A stretch of 63,067 nt of DNA, the filler included, from Globobulimina sp. (Eukaryota): NCBI GenBank assembly GCA_003354225.1. It is 29 parts of 29 records of this genome, joined end to end, with 100 filler letters (N's around TTAATTAATTAA, not from the genome) between each part and the next. Parts side by side here need not be neighbours in the genome. Positions count along the whole stretch, not along the records: positions 47,929 to 50,005 come from PIVH01009185.1; positions 50,106 to 52,182 come from PIVH01009186.1; positions 52,283 to 54,359 come from PIVH01009187.1; positions 54,460 to 56,536 come from PIVH01009188.1; positions 56,637 to 58,713 come from PIVH01009189.1; positions 58,814 to 60,890 come from PIVH01009190.1; positions 60,991 to 63,067 come from PIVH01009191.1; 22 more parts are not named here. One strand, 5' to 3'. The stretch's first letter is position 1, and each line of letters begins with the position of its first letter. This document shows, one piece after another, positions 48,794 through 60,991 of this stretch. The translations under genes were made by a program, and so were the position numbers. Below the pieces are notes generated by a model. It saw nothing but the letters and a program-made list of their open reading frames with translations, was not told the DNA's origin and made no database searches.

Positions 48794-50005
48794 ATGGCAA
48801 GCGATTTGTTAGACCAACTTATAAATGCATCATCAAATTTGTTAGACCCAGCACGTGTCATATCATACATTGAAACATCATGGAACAAGGATGTAGAACA
48901 AACATTATGTGAATATATTAAAATACCGAACCAATCGCCAGATTATGACGCAGATTGCCTAACAAATGGATACCAAGAGAGAGCCTATAAATTATTAACC
49001 GATTGGGTGGCTGCACAAAATGTAATTGGTTTAACAATGGAGGTACTCTGTGATAAAAATCGAACACCATTAGTATTTATAGAAGTTGCAGCCTCAAAAA
49101 CATTCCCCGCCACTAACGATTGTACCGTATTAATGTATGGCCATTTTGATAAACAGCCGCCATTAACAAACGATTGGGCTCCAGATTTACATCCATATAA
49201 ACCAGTGATTAAAAATGGTAAATTATATGGTCGCGGTGGTGCCGATGATGGATATGCCATATTTGCAGCCATTAATTCTATAAAAATCTTACAAGATTCA
49301 AATAAAGCACATCCGCGCTGTTGTATTATTATCGAAGGCTCGGAAGAGAGCGGTTCGCCGGACTTGATGTACTATGTAAATAAGTTGAAAGACCGTATTC
49401 AAACTCCGAAGTTAATATACTTTATATTTATACACCGGTATTTCAGATAATACATACAATAATAATAAGGGTGGTGATCTGCCTTGATTCAGGCTGTCAA
49501 AATTACGATCAATTATGGATGACAGTGTCATTGCGAGGTGTATTTATTGCTAAGTTGCGAGCACAATTATTGCAGGAAAGTATCCATAGCGGTGATAGTG
49601 GCTTAGTGCGTGATTCATTTCATGTGTTACGATTGATATTGGATCGCATTGACAATGCATCCACCGGTGAGATGTTGAAAGAATTACATGTAAATATACC
49701 GCAATCGCATATAGATTATGCCAAGGAATGTGCCAAGTGTTTGGGTGCTGCGGTTTATACACAAATACCTTTTTATAACAATGAATGTTATCCACAGATC
49801 GCGTCCGTTGATGAGTGTAAAGGGAATGAGCATGAATTGATATTAAACCGGACGTGGAGACCTCAATTAAGCGTTACTGGCATCGATGGCATACCAGATT
49901 TAAAAGGCGGCAATGTATTGCGGAAATATACGACGTTAAAATTATCAGTGCGTATTCCGCCAACTATGGAACCGAAACAAGCACAAATTGCTTTGAAGAC
50001 CGCCT
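48794..50005 (+). CDS. M20 family metallopeptidase; intron ~49411-49470; 3' truncated
   Basis: YGHFDKQPP, KLYGRGGADDG, EGSEESGS, CLDSG, SLRG. Confidence 0.92.
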
Positions 50006-50105
50006 NNNNNNNNNNNNNNNNNNNNNNNNNNNNNNNNNNNNNNNNNNNNTTAATTAATTAANNNNNNNNNNNNNNNNNNNNNNNNNNNNNNNNNNNNNNN
50101 NNNNN

Positions 50106-50584
50106 GTGCATTGTTTACACGTTTCTGTTAGATCTGTGAAATATGTTTTATTCATAATAACTGCCGATGTCCATACATAGGATTCAATCACACCACAAAT
50201 TACTTCAGGAACGCATATAAATCCACAAATCTCATTCAATGCAATGGAATGTTGTTTATCCCATCCTTCTGATTGGGAAGCGTCAAATTTTGATCCTATT
50301 TTATTTTTACTTTTATATTTTGAATTATCGACGTATGCAATTGAATTATCGATGTATCTCATATTATGACTGAATGAATGTATTTTGGGCCTTCTTTGTG
50401 ACTCATATTCACTAAACGTATCTTTCTCTTTTCTATGTGCAAGCAATATTTCTTGCTGTCGTTCAATCGGCGATTTATAAGGTACATAATTATACGTTTC
50501 TGTTTTTGTTTTTTCGTTGGGTTTTGTATTGTGTTTTTCTGCATTATTTGTTTGCTGCATTGGCCGAGAGGGCTTGTTTCCCAT
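50106..50584 (-). CDS. Hypothetical, probably N-myristoylated protein, 3' truncated
   Basis: Begins MGNKPS. Confidence 0.55.
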
Positions 50585-50671
50585 TTTGCTATTCGAAAAA
50601 CGTTGTTACTAGAACTATGACAATAATTATTTCGTTACATATTTATAATTACTAGTATTTATTTGTTACAA

Positions 50672-51379
50672 TCATGTAAAATGTTGAGCCATATCGGCAT
50701 GCTTTGTGGCAAGATATATTCCATATGTATACTGTGCGACCCTCATCAAATATAAGGTAGCAATAGCATTTATGGACCACAATAATGAGCAGACCAACAT
50801 CATAAATCCTAAACCAGAATGTCCACCAATAAAAACTTTGGTCATAACCAACCATCCGGCGGCATCCATTAATTCAAAGCCAATGGCCATGAGTACGACC
50901 CATACTAAATGAAGGAATAAAAATAAAAAAAATACAGAGCCCAATTTGCCTTTAGATACCATTCCATTATAAAACCTTTTATAGAGTAACATCCACGACA
51001 ATGGGGCACCAACTAAGACATACAATGTTACAAATAAATAATCCCGAAATTTAGTATCATACTCAGAATAACTGGCCCACCATACGATAGTTATCCAATT
51101 CACAGCCGTACATATTAGGGTTAACCACCATAAACTATAAAATTTCCGTACCGCTTTTTGAAATTGAACGGGAATATCTAAGCCAATATCATTTCTTGCA
51201 AACGCATATGATTTACATGGCCAATTTTTCTCTAATCTTACTCCTTTACTATCTGATTTTACATCGTTCTCAAAATCATCCAATTCTTTCTCTAACGCGC
51301 GTACTCTCGCTTCTTTTGCTTGGACTTCCTTCAGTCGTTTTGATAAATGTGGATCGTTGTTGCCTCCTCCTGCGTACAT
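50672..51379 (-). CDS. SCAMP: Secretory carrier membrane protein
   Basis: Coiled coil, EKNWP, DI..DIP, four TMs, LSWMLLYK. Confidence 0.85.
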   Translation of the reverse strand: MYAGGGNNDPHLSKRLKEVQAKEARVRALEKELDDFENDVKSDSKGVRLEKNWPCKSYAFARNDIGLDIPVQFQKAVRKFYSLWWLTLICTAVNWITIVWWASYSEYDTKFRDYLFVTLYVLVGAPLSWMLLYKRFYNGMVSKGKLGSVFFLFLFLHLVWVVLMAIGFELMDAAGWLVMTKVFIGGHSGLGFMMLVCSLLWSINAIATLYLMRVAQYTYGIYLATKHADMAQHFT

Positions 51380-51437
51380 GGTGGAGATTAAGAGCAGTTA
51401 AAAACGTTTAACTTTGAAAAATTAACAAACACAAAAT

Positions 51438-51722
51438 ATGACACATCCAGACAAATTTGGATTGTTATTAAATGTAAGGGAGAAAATGGATGAATTGAAT
51501 CACGACCAGATGCATAATTATGCACAATCAGTAATTTCCCTGTTATCAACTACACATTTAAAAACGTTATTATTTACTGGATTAAATTCAATCAAAAATG
51601 GTATATCATATGAACAATTATTTCAAATGAAATCATCAATTAACCAAATTATTGAAAAAGAGAAGAAAAAATTGATTGATTGTGGAAAAGCACCGAATCA
51701 GCACACAGACACACACAAATGA
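51438..51722 (+). CDS. Short hypothetical helical protein or gene fragment
   Basis: ORF divergent from SCAMP. Confidence 0.4.
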   Translation: MTHPDKFGLLLNVREKMDELNHDQMHNYAQSVISLLSTTHLKTLLFTGLNSIKNGISYEQLFQMKSSINQIIEKEKKKLIDCGKAPNQHTDTHK

Positions 51723-52282
51723 ACAATGTCATATTTAAGAAACAGAAGTCAATATTTTCATGTATTTGTCCTAGAATCACCAACAATTCCATAATTACTT
51801 ACATTTACACCATTAAAGGCTTTAATTTTTCTTTCATTCTTTGGAAAAAATCCATATTGAGTTATTTCAGATTGGTTGTTATAAATTGGTTGTGACTCAT
51901 TAATATTATTCGCTCATAATTCAATTGGTTGTTATAATAAATATAACCAAACATATAAACCACTAAAATCAAAAACGAAGTTGGTTATCCGGAAGAATTA
52001 CTTTGATATAAAGTGATTTTATTAATGTTTAAATTATATTCTTTTTAATTTTATTGATTGATTAAATGTATTTAATTAATTCCTGTCCATAATAATCGCA
52101 TATTGCATATAATATATTCAATAATAAATCAGTACTAATTAATATGTATTAGATTATGTGATTAATGTTGATTTTTGTCGATNNNNNNNNNNNNNNNNNN
52201 NNNNNNNNNNNNNNNNNNNNNNNNNNTTAATTAATTAANNNNNNNNNNNNNNNNNNNNNNNNNNNNNNNNNNNNNNNNNNNN

Positions 52283-52923
52283 ACCACATCAGTCCCGCAA
52301 AGATGTGATCCAATTTATGTGGCAGTTGATTTATCACAAGGAGCATGGCCCTAAAACGGAGCTACTATCCACATTTCTCCTTGCAGTTTCGTTGTTGGAA
52401 CGATTTTTGACTAAAGTTGAAGTAATTTGTGTGTTTACAAGTTTGATTAAAATTAGATTTTTTAATTTAGATAACTCAACAAACTATGGAGGTGTACGCA
52501 TGTGCGACATTGCGATTGTTGGACAAGTTGGTTTCGTTTTGCCCTGGGGAAGGGAAGGAATTCATTGTTGGAGGACATTTTAATGTTGATGAGTTGGAGG
52601 AAGCAGAATCCCGTGTCTTGCAGATAATGTGGAAGGACATACCATCGATGTCAGCAGTTGGAGTGGTGTATTACGCTTTGACACGATTCTATGAGGTTAA
52701 AAGAAATTTCAAGCATGTGGTTCGAATGACTGAACATCTATATCTGTCCGTGTTGTTGAAAGTGAATTTTTGTGGAGTTTGTCAGGTCACATTGGCCGCA
52801 GCGGTGGTTCTAGCATTTGTGAGAGAACAAGGAAAGAGTGATGATTTTTTCGAGGAACATTTTAGTGATTTGTGGATTCAATTGAATGTCAATACAAAAA
52901 CTATAATACAAAAGATGGCTTGA
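52283..52923 (+). CDS. Divergent cyclin; intron 52422-52470; 5' truncated
   Basis: RKDVIQFM..TFLLAVSLLERFL..ACATLRLLDK..ELEEAESRVLQIM..LAAAVV gives a cyclin-box pattern; splice keeps frame. Confidence 0.8.
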
Positions 52924-53012
52924 GTTTATTGATTTTCAGTAGTAAATGAATGTTTTTCACTTTTTATCCATACAAAATTTAATCTTTTCTTATTTACTCA
53001 CTATGTTTAATA

Positions 53013-53534
53013 TTAGTAATCATCAGACGATAGGGTGTCATCCCATGGAAAAGGTTCGAGAGATTGCCATTGATGGAAATCAATTGGTGGCGTATTCATT
53101 TCTTGTTTTTCCTTTTCCTTACATGGTTCGATATTGATACTTTTTTCGGGATGAGAGTTAAGCCACTCTTTATTGAAAAATTGAAGAAATGCTTCACGGC
53201 AGCAATCGTCTGTTCTGATGGCATCAATCGGTTCTTTTTGGCTTACAAACAAGATATCATTGAAAAATGTTTTGTGGTCTATGGTAGGATGGATTTCAAT
53301 TTTCGCAGAAAGATTGTTGTATATGTGGTTGGTTTTCATATTCTTTATTAAGGTATCGAAATGTTTTCGCACATAGGATGGAGTATATTCATCACATACT
53401 TGTTTTGAATGGGGAGTTTCCATGAAACATTCGAAGCAATCGACGTTGGGGTCCATTTGGGACAGGACATAATCCATTAAACATTCAAAGAAGAGATCGC
53501 GAACATTTGTGGCTTTTTGGTGGCGTGGCGACAT
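53013..53534 (-). CDS. Hypothetical protein with CxxC...H...C motif
   Basis: Intronless ORF; DCFECFMETPHSKQVC. Confidence 0.55.
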   Translation of the reverse strand: MSPRHQKATNVRDLFFECLMDYVLSQMDPNVDCFECFMETPHSKQVCDEYTPSYVRKHFDTLIKNMKTNHIYNNLSAKIEIHPTIDHKTFFNDILFVSQKEPIDAIRTDDCCREAFLQFFNKEWLNSHPEKSINIEPCKEKEKQEMNTPPIDFHQWQSLEPFPWDDTLSSDDY

Positions 53535-53741
53535 AGTGATGCTAGAGAGGATAAAATATTTGAAAGGTCGGTGGTTTATTGATTGTGTGTGTGTGTGGGC
53601 GATTGCCGTAACGGCCAAGTCTAATTAATATTAATTAATTCATAAATTTTATTGATGTTTTTCTCAATTCAAAAATATAAAGCGACGTACGTACATATAA
53701 ACTATTCACTACAACATATTTATTCGATTAAAGAAATACAA

Positions 53742-54182
53742 TCAAGGTACATAGTCAATTTCAGTGATAATTTTGTGAGATATGTTCTCCCACGGCCATG
53801 CAGGACACTTGGGAATTCCAGGACACCTGAACGATCCATTAAAAGTTACGTTAAAGGGTACAGGTGGTGGATAGTTACAATGTTTTCCACAGCTCCATTC
53901 CCAAAAGTAATTTCGTACATTGGGTATAAATCGAAACAGACATTCATTGCCCCAAAGTATTTTACATTTTGTGATAAAATATACAGTATGAAAAAGGTGT
54001 CCATTTTCAACATATCGAACACTGTCAGGTGGGAAAATAAGACCAGGTTTTGGACGATTGACATAAATAATACCAGTACTTTGGTTGAAGCACGAGTTTC
54101 CCAGTTGTTGACGCTGACAATGCCAACCATTGCTGATTACAAAAAGAGTAATGACAATTATCGAAAGTTGGAAATATTTCAT
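53742..54182 (-). CDS. Small secreted Cys-containing protein
   Basis: Signal peptide MKYFQLSIIVITLFVISNG; several Cys; N-glycosylation sequons. Confidence 0.55.
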   Translation of the reverse strand: MKYFQLSIIVITLFVISNGWHCQRQQLGNSCFNQSTGIIYVNRPKPGLIFPPDSVRYVENGHLFHTVYFITKCKILWGNECLFRFIPNVRNYFWEWSCGKHCNYPPPVPFNVTFNGSFRCPGIPKCPAWPWENISHKIITEIDYVP

Positions 54183-54845
54183 AATTTTTTGAATCTGGTA
54201 ATGAGTGACACTACTACTCAGCAACCGTAATAATGTTAGTTATAGTGTTGTGCCAACTGCCAATCCCAATAACAAATGATGATAGAGTGTGTGTTTTCTC
54301 TTGTATTGATCGTGGAGTCGTAGGCAGCGCTACGTCAGATTTTTTTGCATACAATGCATNNNNNNNNNNNNNNNNNNNNNNNNNNNNNNNNNNNNNNNNN
54401 NNNTTAATTAATTAANNNNNNNNNNNNNNNNNNNNNNNNNNNNNNNNNNNNNNNNNNNNTGTAGCTAAAAAAAAAAAATTTTTTTTTTTATAATATTTCA
54501 TAAATATCCTATTATATTATTTTGCATATTTCATGGGTCCTAATGAGTTCTTTGTTGATTTACAGGACGATAAGTTGTATACATTTTTTTTCAATTATAC
54601 TTTTTATACAGAAAGGTTTGATATAACTTTGTCTTGGGTGACCACTCTAACTAACCCAAAAAATTGCTCGTTAACGAAACGAAACTCCCCCTGGTCGATA
54701 AGTTGTATACATTTGATTCAATTATCTGAGAAACGCTTTGCAAATCCAGAAACGTTTAGGTTGAACAGAAGAGCCAGACTTAATTAAAACACGATGAAAA
54801 TGTTGACAAAGTAATCACATAACGAATATGTTATAGAAAAGAAAA

Positions 54846-56510
54846 CTACGTTAATAAAGTCTTACTGATTGGACAAAAACTGATTAATTTTGGACCTAAT
54901 ACATTTGGTGAATTATATGATGATAATATTTGATACTGTTTTGAATGTTTAAATCGTGTAAAAGAAGAAGATATCAATGACATCATAGCATCAATGCACG
55001 GATCAAATAAAATATAAAATTTGAATAAAGCATGATGAGCATATTGCATATTGTTATTCCATTCGTTTTCGTCAAATAACAACGTTCTATATCTATTCCT
55101 ATTATTATAATCTATATTAATTTCCCATTCTGATCCAACATGAATATACTTTATATATAATTTCCTTGCAATGAATTTATAATTCGATGAATGATTACTG
55201 TCATATTCGCCAAATATTATAGATGATCTCGGACATAATTCTGGCAGTTTCAACGTTGTTGACACATTCTCATTATTCTTAAACTCTATACCTACATTAT
55301 CAGAAGCCATCTTCTCTTTAAATTGCAAAAACTCAATCATTGAAAGCAAGCATTCCGCACAGTACTCATTGAGTAATTGGCCCATAAATGCATCGAACAT
55401 TTTATTCTCACCCAAAACATCTCTCATTTCCATTCTTATCAATCTTTCATTTGCCTGGTTTGCCCTGCATTGCATTCAAAAATTAAAACAAACATTATTT
55501 CAAACAAACATTACATACTTTACATCGTCCTTAAACGCAATGTATTGCTCCAACAACAATGTATTCTTATGTGCTAATTCAATTTCTTTTGTTTCACTAA
55601 ATCGATTAACAATGATCTCTTTAAAGGTAATTATTGGCCATTTTGTATGATGCAAGGTACGAATTAAAAAAGCAAATCGAATCAATAAAAAGCAGATGTA
55701 AAATAGTGCACAAATCCACTGTTTATGTCGATAATTATCGGCGGATAATCTTGAGATTGCAATGACCAATGATGCGGATAAGAGGGTCACTATAATAATG
55801 CAATAGATTGCAAATCTGAGTTCTGTGCGAAGACCAACCAAGTCTTCAATTTTGGGGATGACATATAACATATAAATATATAATATCATTGGAAATATAA
55901 ATGAGTATAAAATAATAACGGATGAGGACATTATTGTAACTGCATACAATATGTCTCGATTTAGTTGCATCGGTTGCATAACATATGGCATAATTGTCAT
56001 TACATAAGTCATTGAAGTAAATATTGCTACTCTCACACGTAAATATTGCCAATTTCCCCATTTTTCTTTGTTTGTTATGAACCAACAATTTACTGATTTT
56101 CTTGAATTGATTATGTTTCGCCATTTGTTAATTTTAACAGAATGATTGTATGTGATGGCGTAGAATATCAACCAATATCTTGTTGCGTTAATGGCAATGC
56201 TGCTAAATAAGAAAAGTGATATAACCGCCGTTAATCTCCTAATAATAATTCGTTTTGTGTTCCATTGAATATAGTCTTCGAGCAACAATGCATTCAGCAA
56301 ATAAAACATAAATATCCAAATCCATATTAAAATTAAGGAGCTTAAAAGAAGTTTAGGATGTCGTTTAGAGAGAATTAGTGATTCTCTGTTTTGCCAGAAT
56401 TTATGTAACCAATAAATATCGTATGGAAGGAAGATGCAATTGATGATGAATGCGCAAATAATACAAATTATGGTGGACCATATTATAAGCACCATTGTAA
56501 TAACTAAAAA
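54846..56510 (-). CDS. 7TM-RGS fusion protein; intron 55465-55518
   Basis: Seven TMs, then FDAFMGQLLNEYCAECLLSMIEF...LYIKYIHVGSEWEINI...LFD...SSFTRF; splice keeps frame. Confidence 0.88.
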
Positions 56511-56636
56511 AAAAAAAAACAAGAATTTTAATAAAANNNNNNNNNNNNNNNNNNNNNNNNNNNNNNNNNNNNNNNNNNNNTTAATTAATTAANNNNNNNN
56601 NNNNNNNNNNNNNNNNNNNNNNNNNNNNNNNNNNNN

Positions 56637-57000
56637 ATTTACAGAGCAAAACAAGCTCTCAGCAAGTCAACGAATGAGGTTGCACACTCGTGGTGGGTAC
56701 CAAATTCCTACGAGACGCTCTCAAAAATTGCACAAAACGTTGCAAAGACGAAATCAGCTAATCATGAACTTCCAATACTCACACGTGATGAACTCGTTCA
56801 TGAGATCAATAATGTTTGTGAGAGAGTTCCTCAAAGCTCTGCTCTGTTAGGTAAGCTGACGACTGACCCGCGGCTGTTACAAAAGGCGTTTGAGTATATG
56901 GAGGCTGTAGGCGACGTCATGCAAGCTGGTGATCAACTACTTATCGATCCTATTGGATGGTTTTCCACCTTTCTAGCTCATTTTGTGAAGGATGAATATC
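56637..57000 (+). CDS. Roco-family COR domain fragment (absent from the ORF track)
   Basis: My translation: VPNSYETL...LPILTRDEL...LLQKAFEYMEAVGDV....LLIDPIGWF. Confidence 0.65.
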
Positions 57001-57453
57001 TGAGACGGTAATTGATGAAATTGATGGTCTTTTTTTATTATTTTTTGTGATTGATTGGGAATAATTTATATCATATAATCGTATCTCGAATTGAAAGGTA
57101 CGCCGCAATGAATGGATTTGGTCCATTCTTATAAATGGAAAATATTGGACATCAAAATATGGAATGTTTTCAATTTCTTGATGAAATAATATGGCTTTTT
57201 TTTCATATTCAATGGAATCAATATTAAAGGTATAATCCAAGCGTATTGTTTTTATGTTGTAGTTTGATTCTAATTCATTTTTAATACGAATACCGATTTT
57301 CATATTATTTCTTTCATTTTGTTCATTAAATGGTTTCGGATAAATTCTAATTCTGATTGTAAACTTTTTATCTGCACTCTCGACCTCAAATTGTGCCTTT
57401 CCTTTAGATTTTAATTTATTTGGATTGAAGTTACGTACATTGAACGAGAACAT
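56990..57453 (-). CDS. MATH/TRAF-like domain protein, N-terminus, cut by a chimeric junction
   Basis: FSFNVRNF...FTIRIRIYP...FQFEIRL. Confidence 0.55.
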
Positions 57454-57499
57454 TTAAATTCATTTAAAAACTGTTTACTTTGATTTTTGCAAAATCACC

Positions 57500-58713
57500 A
57501 TGTCAGCACTAAACATCATCGATTCTCTGATCAACAAAGTGAGCTCAGCGTCCTCATCAAATCCACCCACAATCAGACACGATGACTGCAAGGAAGAGGA
57601 AAGTAAATCAAATGCAACAATTCCAATATTCAACACCAAACAATACAACTCATTGCGTGTAAACAATTTAATCGCCGCCTTCTCCAAAGAATACAATGGA
57701 TCATCCCCAGATTTCATGGTCCGCTCACCAGGCCGCGTAAACCTAATCGGCGAACATATAGATTACTGCGGTTATGATGTCTTGCCGATGGCAGTTGAAA
57801 ATTCAATATTATTTGCAGTGAAAATCATGGATTCCTCGCAAGAAGCAAACATCATAAAATTAGCCAACACAGAAACACAATTCACGAGCATTAGCATAGA
57901 TTTATCCTCTCCCAAAGATACAGCCATAACCTTAGGGCACGAGAACCGTCATTGGAGCATATATTTTTTAGCCGCATACAAAGGTGTCATAAAAAACTAT
58001 GCCTCAAAGATGAACATCTCGCAATTTAAATCTTTGCGTATGTTGATTGATGGAAATATCCCCAAAGGCTCCGGCTTAAGCTCTTCGTCCGCATTTGTCT
58101 GCGGTTCTGCAGTGTCATTATTATTCAGCAACTTATCAACAGATTACTTTTGCAGTATAACTCAATCCGAAGTAGCTTCCTTTTGCATAAAATGCGAGCA
58201 AGAAGTCGGTGTAATGTCCGGTGGCATGGATCAAACAATTTGCATGACTGCGAATAAAGGCTTTGCCAAACACATTGAGTTTATACCAGTGTTGAATGCG
58301 GAGGATGTTCGATTGCCGTCCGCGGCCAAAGTTTGCTGGATTATTAGTAATTGCTTAGTTGAGCACCAGTTGCAGGACGAAGGTGGCACTCAGAACTACA
58401 ATACGCGGGTGGTTGAATGCAGATTGTCTGCTTTGTTACTGGCCAAGTTATTGGGTGTCAAGGATTTCAAACATAAAATAAAAACGTTTAGGAACATTCA
58501 AGATGAATTAGGTACAGTTTCTGTGTAACATTAATATGTTGATTTGATATTTTATGTTTATGTTTTTTAAGGGGTCGGCATAGATATTTTGATATCGAGA
58601 ACAAGGGAGTTACTGAAGGATGAAGCTTATGATATAGCAGCATTGGAAACTTATTTGGAATGTGAGCCGTTGGAGGATGTGTTGAGTGATTTAAGTCGGG
58701 CTAAATCTGTAAT
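57500..58713 (+). CDS. GALK: Galactokinase / GalNAc kinase (GHMP family); intron ~58512-58571; 3' truncated
   Basis: SPGRVNLIGEHIDY, IPKGSGLSSSSA, GGMDQ, YNTRVVEC. Confidence 0.95.
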
Positions 58714-58813
58714 NNNNNNNNNNNNNNNNNNNNNNNNNNNNNNNNNNNNNNNNNNNNTTAATTAATTAANNNNNNNNNNNNNNNNNNNNNNNNNNNNNNN
58801 NNNNNNNNNNNNN

Positions 58814-60890
58814 CTTAATATGTATCACATTGAAGGATGAATTCATAGTGTTATTGAAAGCAACCATGGATGGAAAATTGCAGTGTGTTGGCAAAAGAAT
58901 TGAGTTAGAATCAAACGTCATTGATTTAACATTTTGGGAGCAAAGCTTGGCGGTCGTCACTGCAAACCAACAGATTACGCTTTATAATGTGAGGCAGGAG
59001 AATGGCATCCAACTATTAAACAGATTTACCATTCAAGAGAAGCATGATAACGATAAGATATTTTGTATTTTGTTTCTAAAGTTTAAGGAGAAAAGCTTTG
59101 GATATTTATTTATTGGGACAAAGAATGGTTATTTATTTCGTGTGAGTTTATCTGCGATTTATCATTTATTAAAAGCATTTAATAACAATTTTGTATCGAC
59201 GCTTTCTTGTGAATTTATGAAAAATTTAGGTTCATCGGGTGTGAAGTTACGAGTTTGTGATTTATTTCAAAATAAATGCATCATTGCTATTTCATCGAAA
59301 AATTATGTTATCACTCAATATGATAATACTTTTAATGCGGAATATAAAGCAAATGATAATAATAATAATATTGATTGGAGAGCAGAGATATTGCAAGAGA
59401 TGAAATGTGTTCCTTTGTTATATTCTTATAATGATTTAACTGACAATAATCAGAATAATGACGATGAAAATAATGCGAATAATAACTATTATGGTAATAA
59501 GAGAATAATATTTGATGATTGCGCCTCTTTTATATTGAATAATAAAATCAATAAATCAAAGTTTATCGCCATTGATTCGGAGAATAATAATTTAGAAATT
59601 TATGGTGTGGAAAATATGAATTTAAATAATAATTTCTTCGAATCGAATGAGTTTCTTTTGAGATATACTCCGCGAAAGATGTGTGTTTATAAAAATTATT
59701 TAATTATAATTGAATCGGATAACAGAGAATATTCAAACATTAAAAGGAAACAATTAATTAAAAACAATGAGAACCAGAACCAGAATAATAATGAAAGAAT
59801 TGTTGGTTATCCACGACCGTTACAAAAAGATTATTGGTCGTCTTGTTTCCGTATAATTAACCCCTTAAATCCAAATGATTCTTTTATTCAAGAATTTGAT
59901 AAAAATGAAGCAGCGTTTTCAATGACTGTATTGGAGCAGAATGGAAATAATTATTTAATCATTGGGACCGCAGTAAATATGACAAATTCAAAAATAAATT
60001 GTACCAAAAATGGATATGTTCGCATGTATAAAATTAGTGATTCGCACGGCATGCAAATGATGGCCGCAGTAAAAGTAAATTTAATTTGTGAGAAAATAAT
60101 AAATGGTTTACCAAAATATATTTGTCCGTATGCTGGTGGTTTATTTGTCGCCTTTGGCAAAAAAATTGAATTTTATTTGTTTAAAAAAGATGAAAACTTA
60201 TTAATAAATGATAAAAGATTTAATATTGAAATTTGTGATAAAATAAAAAGTGGAAATTTTTATATTACAAATATTTTATTTGATAATGATGAAAAAAATG
60301 AAATGGAAAATGAACTATTTATTTGTGATAATTTAAGTGGATTTCATTTATTTAAATATAATAAAAATAGAAAAAGATTTAATTATATAATATCACAACA
60401 AAATATACATTCGCCGTTATCGTCAATATTGTTAGATGCTCAATCCTTAGCTATCTCGAATATTTTTGGCAATTTTTATATTTCACGCATTCATAATCAG
60501 AATAACAAAAATTATAATTTCAACAATTTAGTTGACTTTTATATTGGTTCTACAATTTCATGTATTGAAAAATCCAAATTATCGCCATTGGGCAAACAAG
60601 TGATTATTTATGGTACAATTACTGGAACAATCGGTGTATTTATTCCTTTTGCATCTGCCAACAATGCACAATTTTGCGATTCGTTGCAATATTATTTAGC
60701 TACAAAGTTACAGTCATTATCTGGTGAACAACATATATTATATCGATCAAAATATACACCTTCAAAAAATTGTAGTGATTCTGATTTTTGTTTACATTTT
60801 AATCATATCAAAGATTGTGAGAAGGAAATATTTCAAAAAGCTATTCACATTCCATTGCCAAAAATTGCACAAAATATATCGTCTCTGACT
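58814..60890 (+). CDS. SF3B3: Splicing factor SF3B3 (SAP130/Rse1)-like, C-terminal propeller, with Asn-rich inserts
   Basis: LRYTPRK, WSSCFRII.P, EAAFSM, IIYGTITGTIGVFIPF, H..YRSKYTP.KN..D.D.C. Confidence 0.8.
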
Positions 60891-60991
60891 NNNNNNNNNN
60901 NNNNNNNNNNNNNNNNNNNNNNNNNNNNNNNNNNTTAATTAATTAANNNNNNNNNNNNNNNNNNNNNNNNNNNNNNNNNNNNNNNNNNNNG

